Assembly: GCA_002011125.2 (NCBI GenBank)
Contig: MTMF02000008.1
Coordinates: 1-64,000, forward strand
Length of the DNA: 64,000 bases
Direction of reading: 5' to 3'
Source of the DNA: Candidatus Hydrothermarchaeum profundi
GTDB taxonomy: Archaea > Hydrothermarchaeota > Hydrothermarchaeia > Hydrothermarchaeales > Hydrothermarchaeaceae
The translations under genes were made by a program, and so were the position numbers. Positions 28,203-36,913 of the stretch are shown here, piece by piece. The first letter of the stretch is position 1. Each line of letters opens with the position of its first letter. The notes beneath the pieces are model-generated. The model did not search any database. It saw only the letters and a program-made list of their open reading frames with translations, and was not told where the DNA came from.

Positions 28203-30963
28203 TTAGCGCAGGGAGTTGTATAGTGAAAGTAGTTCCTTTTCCGATTTCACTTTTAACATTTATTGTACCATTATGTTTTTGGATTATCCCATATGTTATA
28301 AATAATCCTAAACCCGTTCCTTCTCCCACTTCTTTAGTTGTGAAAAATGGATCAAATATTTTAGATAAATTTTCATCCGGTATTCCGTGGCCAGTATCCG
28401 AAATTTTTATCTCCACAGAGTTGTTATTATTACAAGTAGATATTGTAATACAACCTCCATTTTCCATAGCGTCCATAGCATTTGTGAGCATGTTTACAAA
28501 GACCTGTTGCAACTGGCTTTCATCTCCTCTTATTTTGAGCAATGTATCTTCTAACTCTAACTTCACTTTAATGTTCTTCCTACGAAACTGCGGAGTCATA
28601 AAATCCACGGCTCTTGATAGTATTTCGTTTAACTGAGTTGGCACAAAATTTTCTGGATGGTGATAAGAAAACTCTAAAAGATTTTTTACTATTCTAGCTG
28701 CAATGTCTGTCTGACTTTTGATAATATTAAGCATCTTTTTATTCTCGCCTCTGGCTTTTTGTCTCATGATCTGAGAATATAAAGAAATATTAGTTAGTGG
28801 ATTGTTTATTTCATGAGCAAATCCCGCTGCAAGTCTACCGATTGAAGCAAGTTTTTCTGACTGCATCATTTGCTCTTCCATTTTCTTTTTTTGTGTGACG
28901 ATTTTTACAGTTTCTACCACAGCCTTTAACTTTCCATCTTCACTTGCTATGGGATATGTACTTATCAACAGATATTCTTTCAGCTTGTCATGATATGTCT
29001 CTCTTATAAACGATTTTCCTGATGCTAAGGTTCGTCCAGCTGGACACTCATTGCAGGGGGAATCATTTTCCATCAATATTTTGTAGCATTTATTACCCAC
29101 TATTTTGTGGCCGAAGATCTGCTCTGTGACCTTATTTGTTCTAATTATATTATACTCAAGATCCCTAATGAAAATCATGTCTGTTATAGAATTAAAGACA
29201 GAGTCTAGAAATTCTTTCGACTCCTTAAGTTCTCTAGTTCTCTCCTGGACCCTCTCTTCCAATATTTCATAAATCCTCGCTCTTTCTACAGCTAAACCTG
29301 CTTGCCTTGCAAAATTAAGTAGTCTCTCCAAATCTTTTTCTGTAAGTTTTTTACGACTTCCTACACCTATTACACCAACAATCTTATCCTCAGCGAGTAG
29401 GGGTACTCCTATCCCATATTTTATCCCTGAGAGTCTAACTATCGGTCTAGCTAATATTTGTAGACTAGGTTTATTACTATGATCTTTTACTAAGGTGATG
29501 ATATCCTGGGTTATTACTGGCTTTTTTGTTTTAATAAGCTTGGTTAATATACTCCCCTCAAATAAGGGAATTTTGTATCCTAAAGCCTTTTTTCCACAGA
29601 GTTTCTCTACCTTTTCAACCAATTTAGAGTCAGCTGAATAGCTTCTGCAAATTAGATGATTTTTTTCCTCGTCCAATAGGTGAATAGCAGAAATGTCATA
29701 ACCAAAGTCATGAGTAAGTCCATTGGCTATCGTATCGAGAATTAAATCGAGTTTTATCCCTGCATTAAGTAAATTGTTGACTTTTTGGAGGAGCAATAGT
29801 TCCCGGGTTCTCTCATCTACGATATTTTCAAGTTGAGTATAGCTATGCTTAAGCTTGACTGCCATATCCTTAAATGAAGTAGCGAGTTCGCCTATCTCAT
29901 CCTTACTTTCAAATCTTTTACTATCAATCTTAACATCAAAGATCCCCTCTCTAATCTTTCTACTTGCATCCGCTAACATTGAAATTGGTCTAGATATTTC
30001 TTTAGCGGCGATGATAGCTATTGTAAATGCTATGAGCATACCAAGTAACGTCACAAGAGCTATTGCCTTTATATTATTAGCTTTTAATATCTCGAAGTGC
30101 TCTTTTGGCACTCCAACAAAAAGGGCACCTATTACTTCTCCTTTATTATTTATTATTGGTTCAACAGCTGTTTTGTAAAACTGGTCTCCAATTTTTTGGT
30201 CTCCACTAAATCTTTCTTTTAAAGAAATGGTTTTTAATATAGATTCAGAAATTTTGGCTCCAAATTCAAGTTGTCCGCTTTCCCCCTGTATGTTAGTCGA
30301 AATAACCTTTTCTTCTTGTATAATGGACACTTTGAGTCCCGGAATTTTGTTTTCAAGAGTGTGCGGTATAAATGTGTCTCCATTTAATAGGTCTCCAGTT
30401 ATGATGGCACCAACAACTTCATCGCCCATTATTACTGGTGTTACTACAAATAGTACCATGCCCTCGTCATTAGCCAATGATTGAGTTACCCCGTTCTCGA
30501 GTAGTACTTTTTTTGGCAGTAACTCAGTAGATATTATGGCCTCTTTGTGTTTTAGGGCTTTCTCAATTAGCCCATTCAACTTTAAATAGTCGCCAGATTT
30601 ATTGTTTCCAAGTCTTTTGATAACTTTTCCTTCTGAGTCAACAACAGCCCAAATATCAACGTAGGGCCTGTATACTTTCCATCTTTTCATCAGTTCCAAA
30701 AGAGCTTCTTCATTTTTTTGATAAACAGCAGTTTGTATTTCATTCTCTGACGCTGCTTGCAACATTCCATATTTCATCTGATCTCCTCTAACAAAATACT
30801 GGATCCAAGCAGCTTTCAAGTTTTGATTAATAGCTTCTTGTGCGCTTTTTTCCATGCTAGTGTTTATCATGTGAGTCGTGACTATTGCGAGGATACTCAT
30901 CGGTACTATAATAACTATTAGGTAAGAACAAATTAGTTTTACACTTATTTTCATTTTAATCAA
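28168..30963 (-). CDS. Sensor histidine kinase: TM, Cache-type domain, TM, HAMP, GAF, PAS, HisKA, HATPase
   Basis: Two TMs flanking a ~270-aa domain ending EPIINNKGEVIGALFVG; HAMP KDEIGELA; AHEINNPL; FDPFFTTKEVGEGTGLGL. Confidence 0.9.
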   Translation of the reverse strand: MIKMKISVKLICSYLIVIIVPMSILAIVTTHMINTSMEKSAQEAINQNLKAAWIQYFVRGDQMKYGMLQAASENEIQTAVYQKNEEALLELMKRWKVYRPYVDIWAVVDSEGKVIKRLGNNKSGDYLKLNGLIEKALKHKEAIISTELLPKKVLLENGVTQSLANDEGMVLFVVTPVIMGDEVVGAIITGDLLNGDTFIPHTLENKIPGLKVSIIQEEKVISTNIQGESGQLEFGAKISESILKTISLKERFSGDQKIGDQFYKTAVEPIINNKGEVIGALFVGVPKEHFEILKANNIKAIALVTLLGMLIAFTIAIIAAKEISRPISMLADASRKIREGIFDVKIDSKRFESKDEIGELATSFKDMAVKLKHSYTQLENIVDERTRELLLLQKVNNLLNAGIKLDLILDTIANGLTHDFGYDISAIHLLDEEKNHLICRSYSADSKLVEKVEKLCGKKALGYKIPLFEGSILTKLIKTKKPVITQDIITLVKDHSNKPSLQILARPIVRLSGIKYGIGVPLLAEDKIVGVIGVGSRKKLTEKDLERLLNFARQAGLAVERARIYEILEERVQERTRELKESKEFLDSVFNSITDMIFIRDLEYNIIRTNKVTEQIFGHKIVGNKCYKILMENDSPCNECPAGRTLASGKSFIRETYHDKLKEYLLISTYPIASEDGKLKAVVETVKIVTQKKKMEEQMMQSEKLASIGRLAAGFAHEINNPLTNISLYSQIMRQKARGENKKMLNIIKSQTDIAARIVKNLLEFSYHHPENFVPTQLNEILSRAVDFMTPQFRRKNIKVKLELEDTLLKIRGDESQLQQVFVNMLTNAMDAMENGGCITISTCNNNNSVEIKISDTGHGIPDENLSKIFDPFFTTKEVGEGTGLGLFITYGIIQKHNGTINVKSEIGKGTTFTIQLPALSEHERENTDSR

Positions 30964-31086
30964 ATCTGTAGTTATAACTATATATTCTATTTTTGTAAGA
31001 TAAAGAGGGATTTTCTATCCAAAGTTTGATCTCATATTTATCAAAACATATAAAATATGATTTGTAAAATCTGGTAATAGACGAAG

Positions 31087-32013
31087 ATGATCATTATGTT
31101 CAAAGGTGCTCAAATGAACTTTTCTTCAGCGGTTTTAAAAGTATTATTGATTTTAGTACCCTTAGAACTTTTTTTTTATAGAACCTTCACGAGGATAGGC
31201 ATATTTATCCCGAAGAGTAATGAAATATTTACGATATATTCTATTTTTTCTGAATTTGGATATATTGTTTATAATTTTCTTCTGGTGTCGGTGTTAATAA
31301 TGCTGATAGCCTTAGCTTATTCTTTATTAAAAGAGAAGGGAACGTCAGAAGTCTTGATCGGAATATCAATCTTTGCTCTAGTTTTAGAGAATATTTTTAT
31401 GCTTTTTTTTACTGCACAGTCACTAACTCTTTTATTTTATCTTACATCTAGCATTATTATCATTCTTTTAGGTTTTAAGGGTGTCAAAATCCTAAAAAAG
31501 GGAGAAATTATTTTTATCATATTGCTTACTATTTCCTTCTTATTATATCGCTATTATGTTATTTCTCATAGTATATACGGACTTCTAGAAATACCCTCTC
31601 TGCCAATTTTCTCGATAACAGCTCTCTCCCTGGGTGAATTGTCCCTTCCATTAAGTGTATTTCCTCTATTTTTTTCTCTTGTTCTTAAGCAAGGAAAGGA
31701 TCTCTCAAAAAATATAAGTATAGTCATTATAGCATTAGTGGTTGTAACGGGATTTGTTTTATTTTCTCTAAAATTGCCTTCTATGAGCTCAATTTTCACA
31801 ATTTGGACACTGGGATATTCCTTAGCATATCCTTTGCCGGTATATGCTATTGCATTTTTGTTTTTTTTAATAGTGATTTTGAAGTGTGTTAGAGAAAATA
31901 AATTAGATATTGCAACAGGATTGCTGCTCATTTTTGCGTCTGGCTATGCGCATACCCTTACTTATCAACACTTTCTCGCAATACTAGGACTTTTATTATT
32001 TATTAAGAATTGA
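31087..32013 (+). CDS. Polytopic membrane protein of unknown function
   Basis: About 9-10 hydrophobic segments; lies between the TCS cluster and the Rieske gene. Confidence 0.65.
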   Translation: MIIMFKGAQMNFSSAVLKVLLILVPLELFFYRTFTRIGIFIPKSNEIFTIYSIFSEFGYIVYNFLLVSVLIMLIALAYSLLKEKGTSEVLIGISIFALVLENIFMLFFTAQSLTLLFYLTSSIIIILLGFKGVKILKKGEIIFIILLTISFLLYRYYVISHSIYGLLEIPSLPIFSITALSLGELSLPLSVFPLFFSLVLKQGKDLSKNISIVIIALVVVTGFVLFSLKLPSMSSIFTIWTLGYSLAYPLPVYAIAFLFFLIVILKCVRENKLDIATGLLLIFASGYAHTLTYQHFLAILGLLLFIKN

Positions 32014-32043
32014 ATTTATTTTCAACAAATTAGTGCATCATTT

Positions 32044-32076
32044 TTTGGAATTTTTTACAAAAAAAAGCTTTTATAT
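32044..32076 (+). promoter_or_regulatory. Promoter of the Rieske-cytb-nxr operon: degenerate palindrome plus BRE plus TATA
   Basis: TTTGGAATTTTTTACAAAAAAAAGCTTTTATAT about 33 nt before ATG 32109; resembles the moeA element TTTGAAATTTTTTTTCAAAAAAAAGTATTTATAT but is 1 nt shorter. Confidence 0.5.
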
Positions 32077-32108
32077 TTTGATTGATCGAAAAAAAGCAGT
32101 GAATATCC

Positions 32109-32642
32109 ATGGATGATGAAATAGCGCATAAATCAGACAGGATGTCGGTCTCTAGAAGGAATTTCCTGAGAACTATTGGCTGGGGAAGTATAGTTGCCTT
32201 CTTGAGCGGTTCCCTTTTGGCTGTTGTGAGATATTTATTTCCAAAGGTTTCTTATGAGCCTTCTCCCTCTTTTAAAGTGCAGACACCTGAAGATTATGAG
32301 ATTGGGACAGTAGTTGTTGATAAACCTCACAAGGTTTTCATAGTACGTGAAGAAAATATAATATACGCTCTTATTGCGGTTTGTACCCATCTTGGATGTA
32401 CGCCCCGATGGTTTCCGGATGAAGGAATTTTCAAATGCCCTTGCCATGGAAGCAGATTTTATAAGAATGGTATTAATTTCTATGGTCCTGCGCCTAGACC
32501 ATTAGACAGGGCTTTCATTACGTTAGCTCCCGATGGCAGGATTTTGATAGATACGAGTAAAAAATTTAGTTCTGATGGCAGATCTTATGGTGAGGGATAT
32601 TTAGGAGACTGGAAAGACCCTAGATCGTATTTAGAAGTGTGA
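32109..32642 (+). CDS. Rieske [2Fe-2S] subunit of a Rieske/cytochrome b complex
   Basis: Tat motif SRRNFL plus TM; CTHLGC and CPCHGS boxes; GPAPRPL. Confidence 0.95.
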   Translation: MDDEIAHKSDRMSVSRRNFLRTIGWGSIVAFLSGSLLAVVRYLFPKVSYEPSPSFKVQTPEDYEIGTVVVDKPHKVFIVREENIIYALIAVCTHLGCTPRWFPDEGIFKCPCHGSRFYKNGINFYGPAPRPLDRAFITLAPDGRILIDTSKKFSSDGRSYGEGYLGDWKDPRSYLEV

Positions 32643-32643
32643 T

Positions 32644-33366
32644 GTGATCTTTATGGGCTGGATTAAAAAAATAAAAGAAAGCAGGGTGTGGAAATCCTAT
32701 TTTAGGGAAGAGTATGATGACACTTCTCGTGGAAGGACAAGAAGGATCCTCAGTAATGTTTGGTTCCACATACATCCTGCAAAAATTTCAAAAAAAGCTA
32801 TAAATCCGTCATATACTCTTTGTCTTGGGGGAATTTCATTTCTTTTATTTATTATTCTTACAGTAAGCGGTATCCTTTTGATGTTTTATTACGTCCCAGA
32901 TGTTAATAGAGCTTACGATGACATGCTTGATTTAGAGACAGTGGTGCCATTTGGTATTCCTTTAAGAAACATACACAGGTGGGCTGCCCATGGGATGATC
33001 ATAGCAGTTGTTGGCCATATGTGCCGAGTATTCTTTACTGGAGCTTATAAGCCTCCGAGAGAGTTTAATTGGGTTGTTGGAGTTTCTCTTTTATTACTTA
33101 CACTTCTATTGAGTTTTACTGGATATTTACTCCCCTGGGATCAATTGGCTTATTGGGCTATTACCGTTGGAACAAATATAGCCTCTTATGCACCTGTTGT
33201 GGGGCCAAAAATTAGATTTCTCCTTCTTGGGGGAAATACAGTAGGACAAAACGCTTTAATCCGTTTCTATGTGCTTCATGTAATCCTTCTACCTACGCTA
33301 ATGATGTTGCTTATGATTCTCCATTTTTGGAGAGTGCGAAAAGATGGCTTTTCTAGGGGACTATAA
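32644..33366 (+). CDS. Cytochrome b6-like subunit (N-terminal half of split cytochrome b)
   Basis: YTLCLGG (heme ci Cys position), HRWAAH with His pair spaced 13, [16 protein letters not shown], second His pair spaced 14 ([16 protein letters not shown]). Confidence 0.92.
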   Translation: MIFMGWIKKIKESRVWKSYFREEYDDTSRGRTRRILSNVWFHIHPAKISKKAINPSYTLCLGGISFLLFIILTVSGILLMFYYVPDVNRAYDDMLDLETVVPFGIPLRNIHRWAAHGMIIAVVGHMCRVFFTGAYKPPREFNWVVGVSLLLLTLLLSFTGYLLPWDQLAYWAITVGTNIASYAPVVGPKIRFLLLGGNTVGQNALIRFYVLHVILLPTLMMLLMILHFWRVRKDGFSRGL

Positions 33367-33378
33367 GGAGGAAGATTA

Positions 33379-33831
33379 ATGGATAAAGAGGAAAAGACAG
33401 AGGCAAGGGTGCATACCTGGCCGCATTTAATGGCTAGGGAATTTATAGTAGCTCTGGCGTTAACTGTTTTCCTAATGGGCATATCGCTTGTCTTTAATGC
33501 TCCATTAGAAGAACATGCTAATCCTGAGATTACACCTAATCCTGCTAAAGCTCCTTGGTATTTCTTGGGCGTACAAGAACTGGTTTCATATGACGCATTT
33601 TTAGGTGGTGTGCTAATTCCGACACTGATTGTTTTAGCATTATTTGCTACGCCCTATATTGATAAAAATCCAAGGGGAGTTGGAATATGGTTTTCAAGAG
33701 AGAGAAAACTCGCTATACTCCTCTTTGCATTGTTGGTGATAATCTGGACGATATTAATAATAATTGGGGTTTATTTCAGAGGTCCGGAGTGGAGATGGTT
33801 CTGGCCGTGGGAATCTTGGGAGATCACATGA
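33379..33831 (+). CDS. Cytochrome b6f subunit IV-like (C-terminal half of split cytochrome b)
   Basis: TWPHL, TPNPAKAPWYF (PEWY-equivalent Qo motif), PYID; 3 TMs. Confidence 0.88.
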   Translation: MDKEEKTEARVHTWPHLMAREFIVALALTVFLMGISLVFNAPLEEHANPEITPNPAKAPWYFLGVQELVSYDAFLGGVLIPTLIVLALFATPYIDKNPRGVGIWFSRERKLAILLFALLVIIWTILIIIGVYFRGPEWRWFWPWESWEIT

Positions 33832-33840
33832 GGTGAAAAA

Positions 33841-34857
33841 ATGAGGATGCTTACATTATTTGTTGTTCTCAGTATGGGATTACTTGCCGTCTTTGCAATC
33901 GGTGTTTATAAAGAAGTATCTCCTGAGTGGAAAAAATATCAAATTGAATATTATGAGGAGCTTAAAAGTGACCTGGAGTCTAAATATAATAATGTTATAG
34001 ATCCTGGCGAAAAAGAAAGACTTAGAATGCAGTTAGAAGCTCTTAAAGAAGAAAAAATTGGGGTAAAACAGATTCTATTGCGTAATAGAGAAGTAGATCG
34101 TTGTCCAACATGTCATATAGATCTAAATACGCTTGCGAATAAGCATCCTACTTCAAAGCATTTTCCTTTTGATATTTATGGTTGCACTGTATGTCATGGT
34201 GGTGAGGGCAGAGCCCTAGATGAAGAGGAAGCCCATAAAGGAATATATGCGACAAAGGCTGATATGTGGTGGCGTTTGAGGGATTCAGAAACTATCTTTA
34301 ACTTTTGGAAGCAACTTGCAATTCTGACTCCTCCTCAAGAGATAGGTAGACAGAAAGAAAAGGAAATGCTTGACTTCCGTGAGTTCACAATTACTGGAGA
34401 AAAAGCTAAGTATTATGGTACGGAGAGCTGTTTGAAATGTCATAAGGATCTTGCTAGCAATCATATTGAAAGATGGGGGAAAACTAAGTTTAAAACGATG
34501 GAAATAGTGAAAAACTCTATTGATTTTATTGAAGGGGATCAAAGTTACAAGGAGCAATGCTATCGGTGTCATACGACTGGCTATGACGAAGATACAGGAA
34601 ATTATAAAGAGGAAGGAGTAAGGTGCGAAGCTTGCCATGGTCCTGGAGAAGTATATTACTATTTGATGAATATAGGCAAATATCGAGAAGCCTCTGAGAT
34701 CGCTATGATAGGGGTAGACTATAATGTGTGTTTTAATTGTCATACTGCTAGGCGACATGAAATGCGGTTTGGAGTCTTTGAAAAAGGTGACTATCAGGGC
34801 GACTGGTATTGGCATGGGTATGATACTATTAATGAAAATAGACAGGAGGAAGATTAA
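33841..34857 (+). CDS. Membrane-anchored hexaheme cytochrome c (diheme plus c554-like tetraheme module)
   Basis: N-terminal TM; 6 CxxCH (CPTCH, CTVCH, CLKCH, CYRCH, CEACH, CFNCH); EGVRCEACHGPG; TAATG overlap with nxrB. Confidence 0.88.
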   Translation: MRMLTLFVVLSMGLLAVFAIGVYKEVSPEWKKYQIEYYEELKSDLESKYNNVIDPGEKERLRMQLEALKEEKIGVKQILLRNREVDRCPTCHIDLNTLANKHPTSKHFPFDIYGCTVCHGGEGRALDEEEAHKGIYATKADMWWRLRDSETIFNFWKQLAILTPPQEIGRQKEKEMLDFREFTITGEKAKYYGTESCLKCHKDLASNHIERWGKTKFKTMEIVKNSIDFIEGDQSYKEQCYRCHTTGYDEDTGNYKEEGVRCEACHGPGEVYYYLMNIGKYREASEIAMIGVDYNVCFNCHTARRHEMRFGVFEKGDYQGDWYWHGYDTINENRQEED

Positions 34858-36173
34858 TGCCTGAGGTATACAATTGGCAACTCGGGAGGAAAATGAAGTT
34901 TCCTTTTCAGGAAGCTTATCCAAAAAAACAATTTGCATTTGTTTTCAATCTTAACCGTTGTATAGCTTGTCAGACTTGTACAATGGCATGCAAATCTACT
35001 TGGACCTTCAGCAAGGGTCAAGAGTTTATGTGGTGGAATAATGTTGAAACAAAGCCTTATGGGGGTTACCCACAGCACTGGGATATAAAACTCCTTAAAA
35101 TGCTTGATGAGTCTCATAAGAAAATGGGAAGAAAGCCTATTTGGAAAAGTGAGATGGAGAAGGGTACTGCCCGGCCTTATGGAGTTTATGAAGGTTTGAC
35201 TATATTTGAAGCTCTCCCGGGGGAATCCACACCGATGGGTTTTACTCCTAGCGAAGTAGCATTGGGTTACTTACCTGGCGATAAAGAATGGCGGTTCCCA
35301 AATATTTTTGAAGATTCTCCTTATGGGCCACTAGGAAAAAGAAATGCATTCGTGCATTCGAAGGGTACCTCTTTGCCTGAGCATGAGCACTGGTTTTTCT
35401 ACCTTCCACGCTTATGTAATCATTGTACTTATCCTGCTTGTCTTGCTGCCTGCCCACGCAAAGCGATCTACAAGCGGGAGGAGGACGGTATTGTTCTGAT
35501 TGACCAAAAACGTTGTAGAGGATATAAAAAATGCGTTGAAGCATGTCCTTATAAAAAACCAATGTTCCGGTCTGCGACTAGGGTAAGTGAGAAATGTATC
35601 GCATGCTATCCTAGGATTGAAGGGAAAGATCCATTGAGTAATGGAAAACCAATGGAAACTAGGTGCATGACCGCATGCGTAGGTAAGATCCGAATTCAGG
35701 GGCTTGTTGATATAGATTCTAATGGGGTTTGGAAAAAAGATCCCCAAAATCCTATTTATTTCTTAGTGCATGTTGAGAAGGTTGCGCTACCCCTTTATCC
35801 TCAATTTGGTACTCTTCCCAATGGATATTATATCCCCCCCAGGTGGGTGCCTAGGAAGTATCTCTATCAAATGTTCGGTCCCGGTGTAGATGAAGCGATA
35901 GAAAGGTATACGGCTCCTTCTAGGGATCTTCTAGGTTTGTTGCAACTTTTCAGAACTACTCAAAAAATCATATTCAAATTTGAGGTACAAAAAACTGGGG
36001 AAAAAATCTATGAAACAACAATCAATGGCAAAAAATGGGCGATGTATAATGACAGGGTTATCGGTTATGATAAAGACGGAGAAATAGTCGTCGATACAAA
36101 GGTTCTAGAGCCTATTTTTGAAAGAAAACAGAAGGATCAGTTTGGTTATTATAAGCATTATAATTCAATTTAA
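34857..36173 (+). CDS. nxrB: Nitrite oxidoreductase/nitrate reductase beta (Fe-S) subunit, anammox/Nitrospira type
   Basis: MPEVYNWQLGRKM, QFAFVFNLNRCIACQTCTMACKSTW, MWWNNVETKPYGG, CNHCTYPACLAACPRKAIYKR, EKCIACYPRIEG, METRCMTACVG, C-terminus KHYNSI. Confidence 0.93.
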   Translation: MPEVYNWQLGRKMKFPFQEAYPKKQFAFVFNLNRCIACQTCTMACKSTWTFSKGQEFMWWNNVETKPYGGYPQHWDIKLLKMLDESHKKMGRKPIWKSEMEKGTARPYGVYEGLTIFEALPGESTPMGFTPSEVALGYLPGDKEWRFPNIFEDSPYGPLGKRNAFVHSKGTSLPEHEHWFFYLPRLCNHCTYPACLAACPRKAIYKREEDGIVLIDQKRCRGYKKCVEACPYKKPMFRSATRVSEKCIACYPRIEGKDPLSNGKPMETRCMTACVGKIRIQGLVDIDSNGVWKKDPQNPIYFLVHVEKVALPLYPQFGTLPNGYYIPPRWVPRKYLYQMFGPGVDEAIERYTAPSRDLLGLLQLFRTTQKIIFKFEVQKTGEKIYETTINGKKWAMYNDRVIGYDKDGEIVVDTKVLEPIFERKQKDQFGYYKHYNSI

Positions 36174-36182
36174 GGTGGTAAG

Positions 36183-36908
36183 ATGGATATAGTATCAATT
36201 AAGGCATTGGCTCGGAGTGTTATATATAAGCATCTTTCCTTATCTTTTCTTTATCCTGATTTAGAGTTTTATGAATTATTAAAAAATAGGATGTTTATAA
36301 AACGAATTCGGGATGCTTCTACGCTTTTAAAAAACGGAAAAGAATTAGAAAAGGGACTGAGGATGTTAGAAGAAAATGTTAAAAACCTAACATTTACATC
36401 GTTACAAGCTGAGCATCGTGTGATTTTCAGTAATATACCCTCAAATGAGTGTCCCCCTTACGAAGCCGAATACGGGACAGCTCACATTCACCAGAAAACA
36501 AAAGAGTTAGCTGATGTTTCAGGATTCTACAAGGCTTTCGGTTTAAACCCTTCAAATAAAATAGGGGAGCGATTTGATCATATTTCAGTAGAGTTTGAAT
36601 ATATGCATTTCTTAACATATGGAGAAGCTTATGCTCGAGATAAGAATGATGCAAATATGGTGGAAATTTATGTTTCGACACAGAGAAAATTTGTAGAAGA
36701 GCACATTGGAAAATGGGTGCCTGTGTTTTTGAGGTTGCTAAAAAAGAAAGCCAGAAAAGGATTTTACAATGCGCTCGTTGTGTTTGCATCTGATTTTGTA
36801 TCTTATGAAATTTCACTATTAGGTGTCAATCCAGAGGAAGTTGGTAAGCCTGAGATTTCGTCATTAGCTATGGAAGATGAATGTTTTTCGTGCGGGTCTT
36901 GTGGGTGA
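36183..36908 (+). CDS. TorD/DmsD/NarJ-family molybdoenzyme maturation chaperone (NxrD-like)
   Basis: CPPYEAEY, LADVSGFYKAFG, ERFDHISVEFEYMHFL, FVEEHIGKW. Confidence 0.9.
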   Translation: MDIVSIKALARSVIYKHLSLSFLYPDLEFYELLKNRMFIKRIRDASTLLKNGKELEKGLRMLEENVKNLTFTSLQAEHRVIFSNIPSNECPPYEAEYGTAHIHQKTKELADVSGFYKAFGLNPSNKIGERFDHISVEFEYMHFLTYGEAYARDKNDANMVEIYVSTQRKFVEEHIGKWVPVFLRLLKKKARKGFYNALVVFASDFVSYEISLLGVNPEEVGKPEISSLAMEDECFSCGSCG

Positions 36909-36913
36909 TAAAG

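Noticed and set aside
31025-31045. FNR/Crp box (TTGAT...ATCAA), here and at 19624-19644
   Set aside because: Spacers are 9 and 11 nt rather than 4, and there is no Crp/Fnr gene in the window; kept only as unnamed palindromes.
34285-34938. 217-aa minus-strand ORF and the many other antisense ORFs in the track (e.g. 14..520, 20165..20644, 50735..51244)
   Set aside because: They are shadows of well-supported genes on the opposite strand, with no motifs or RBS.
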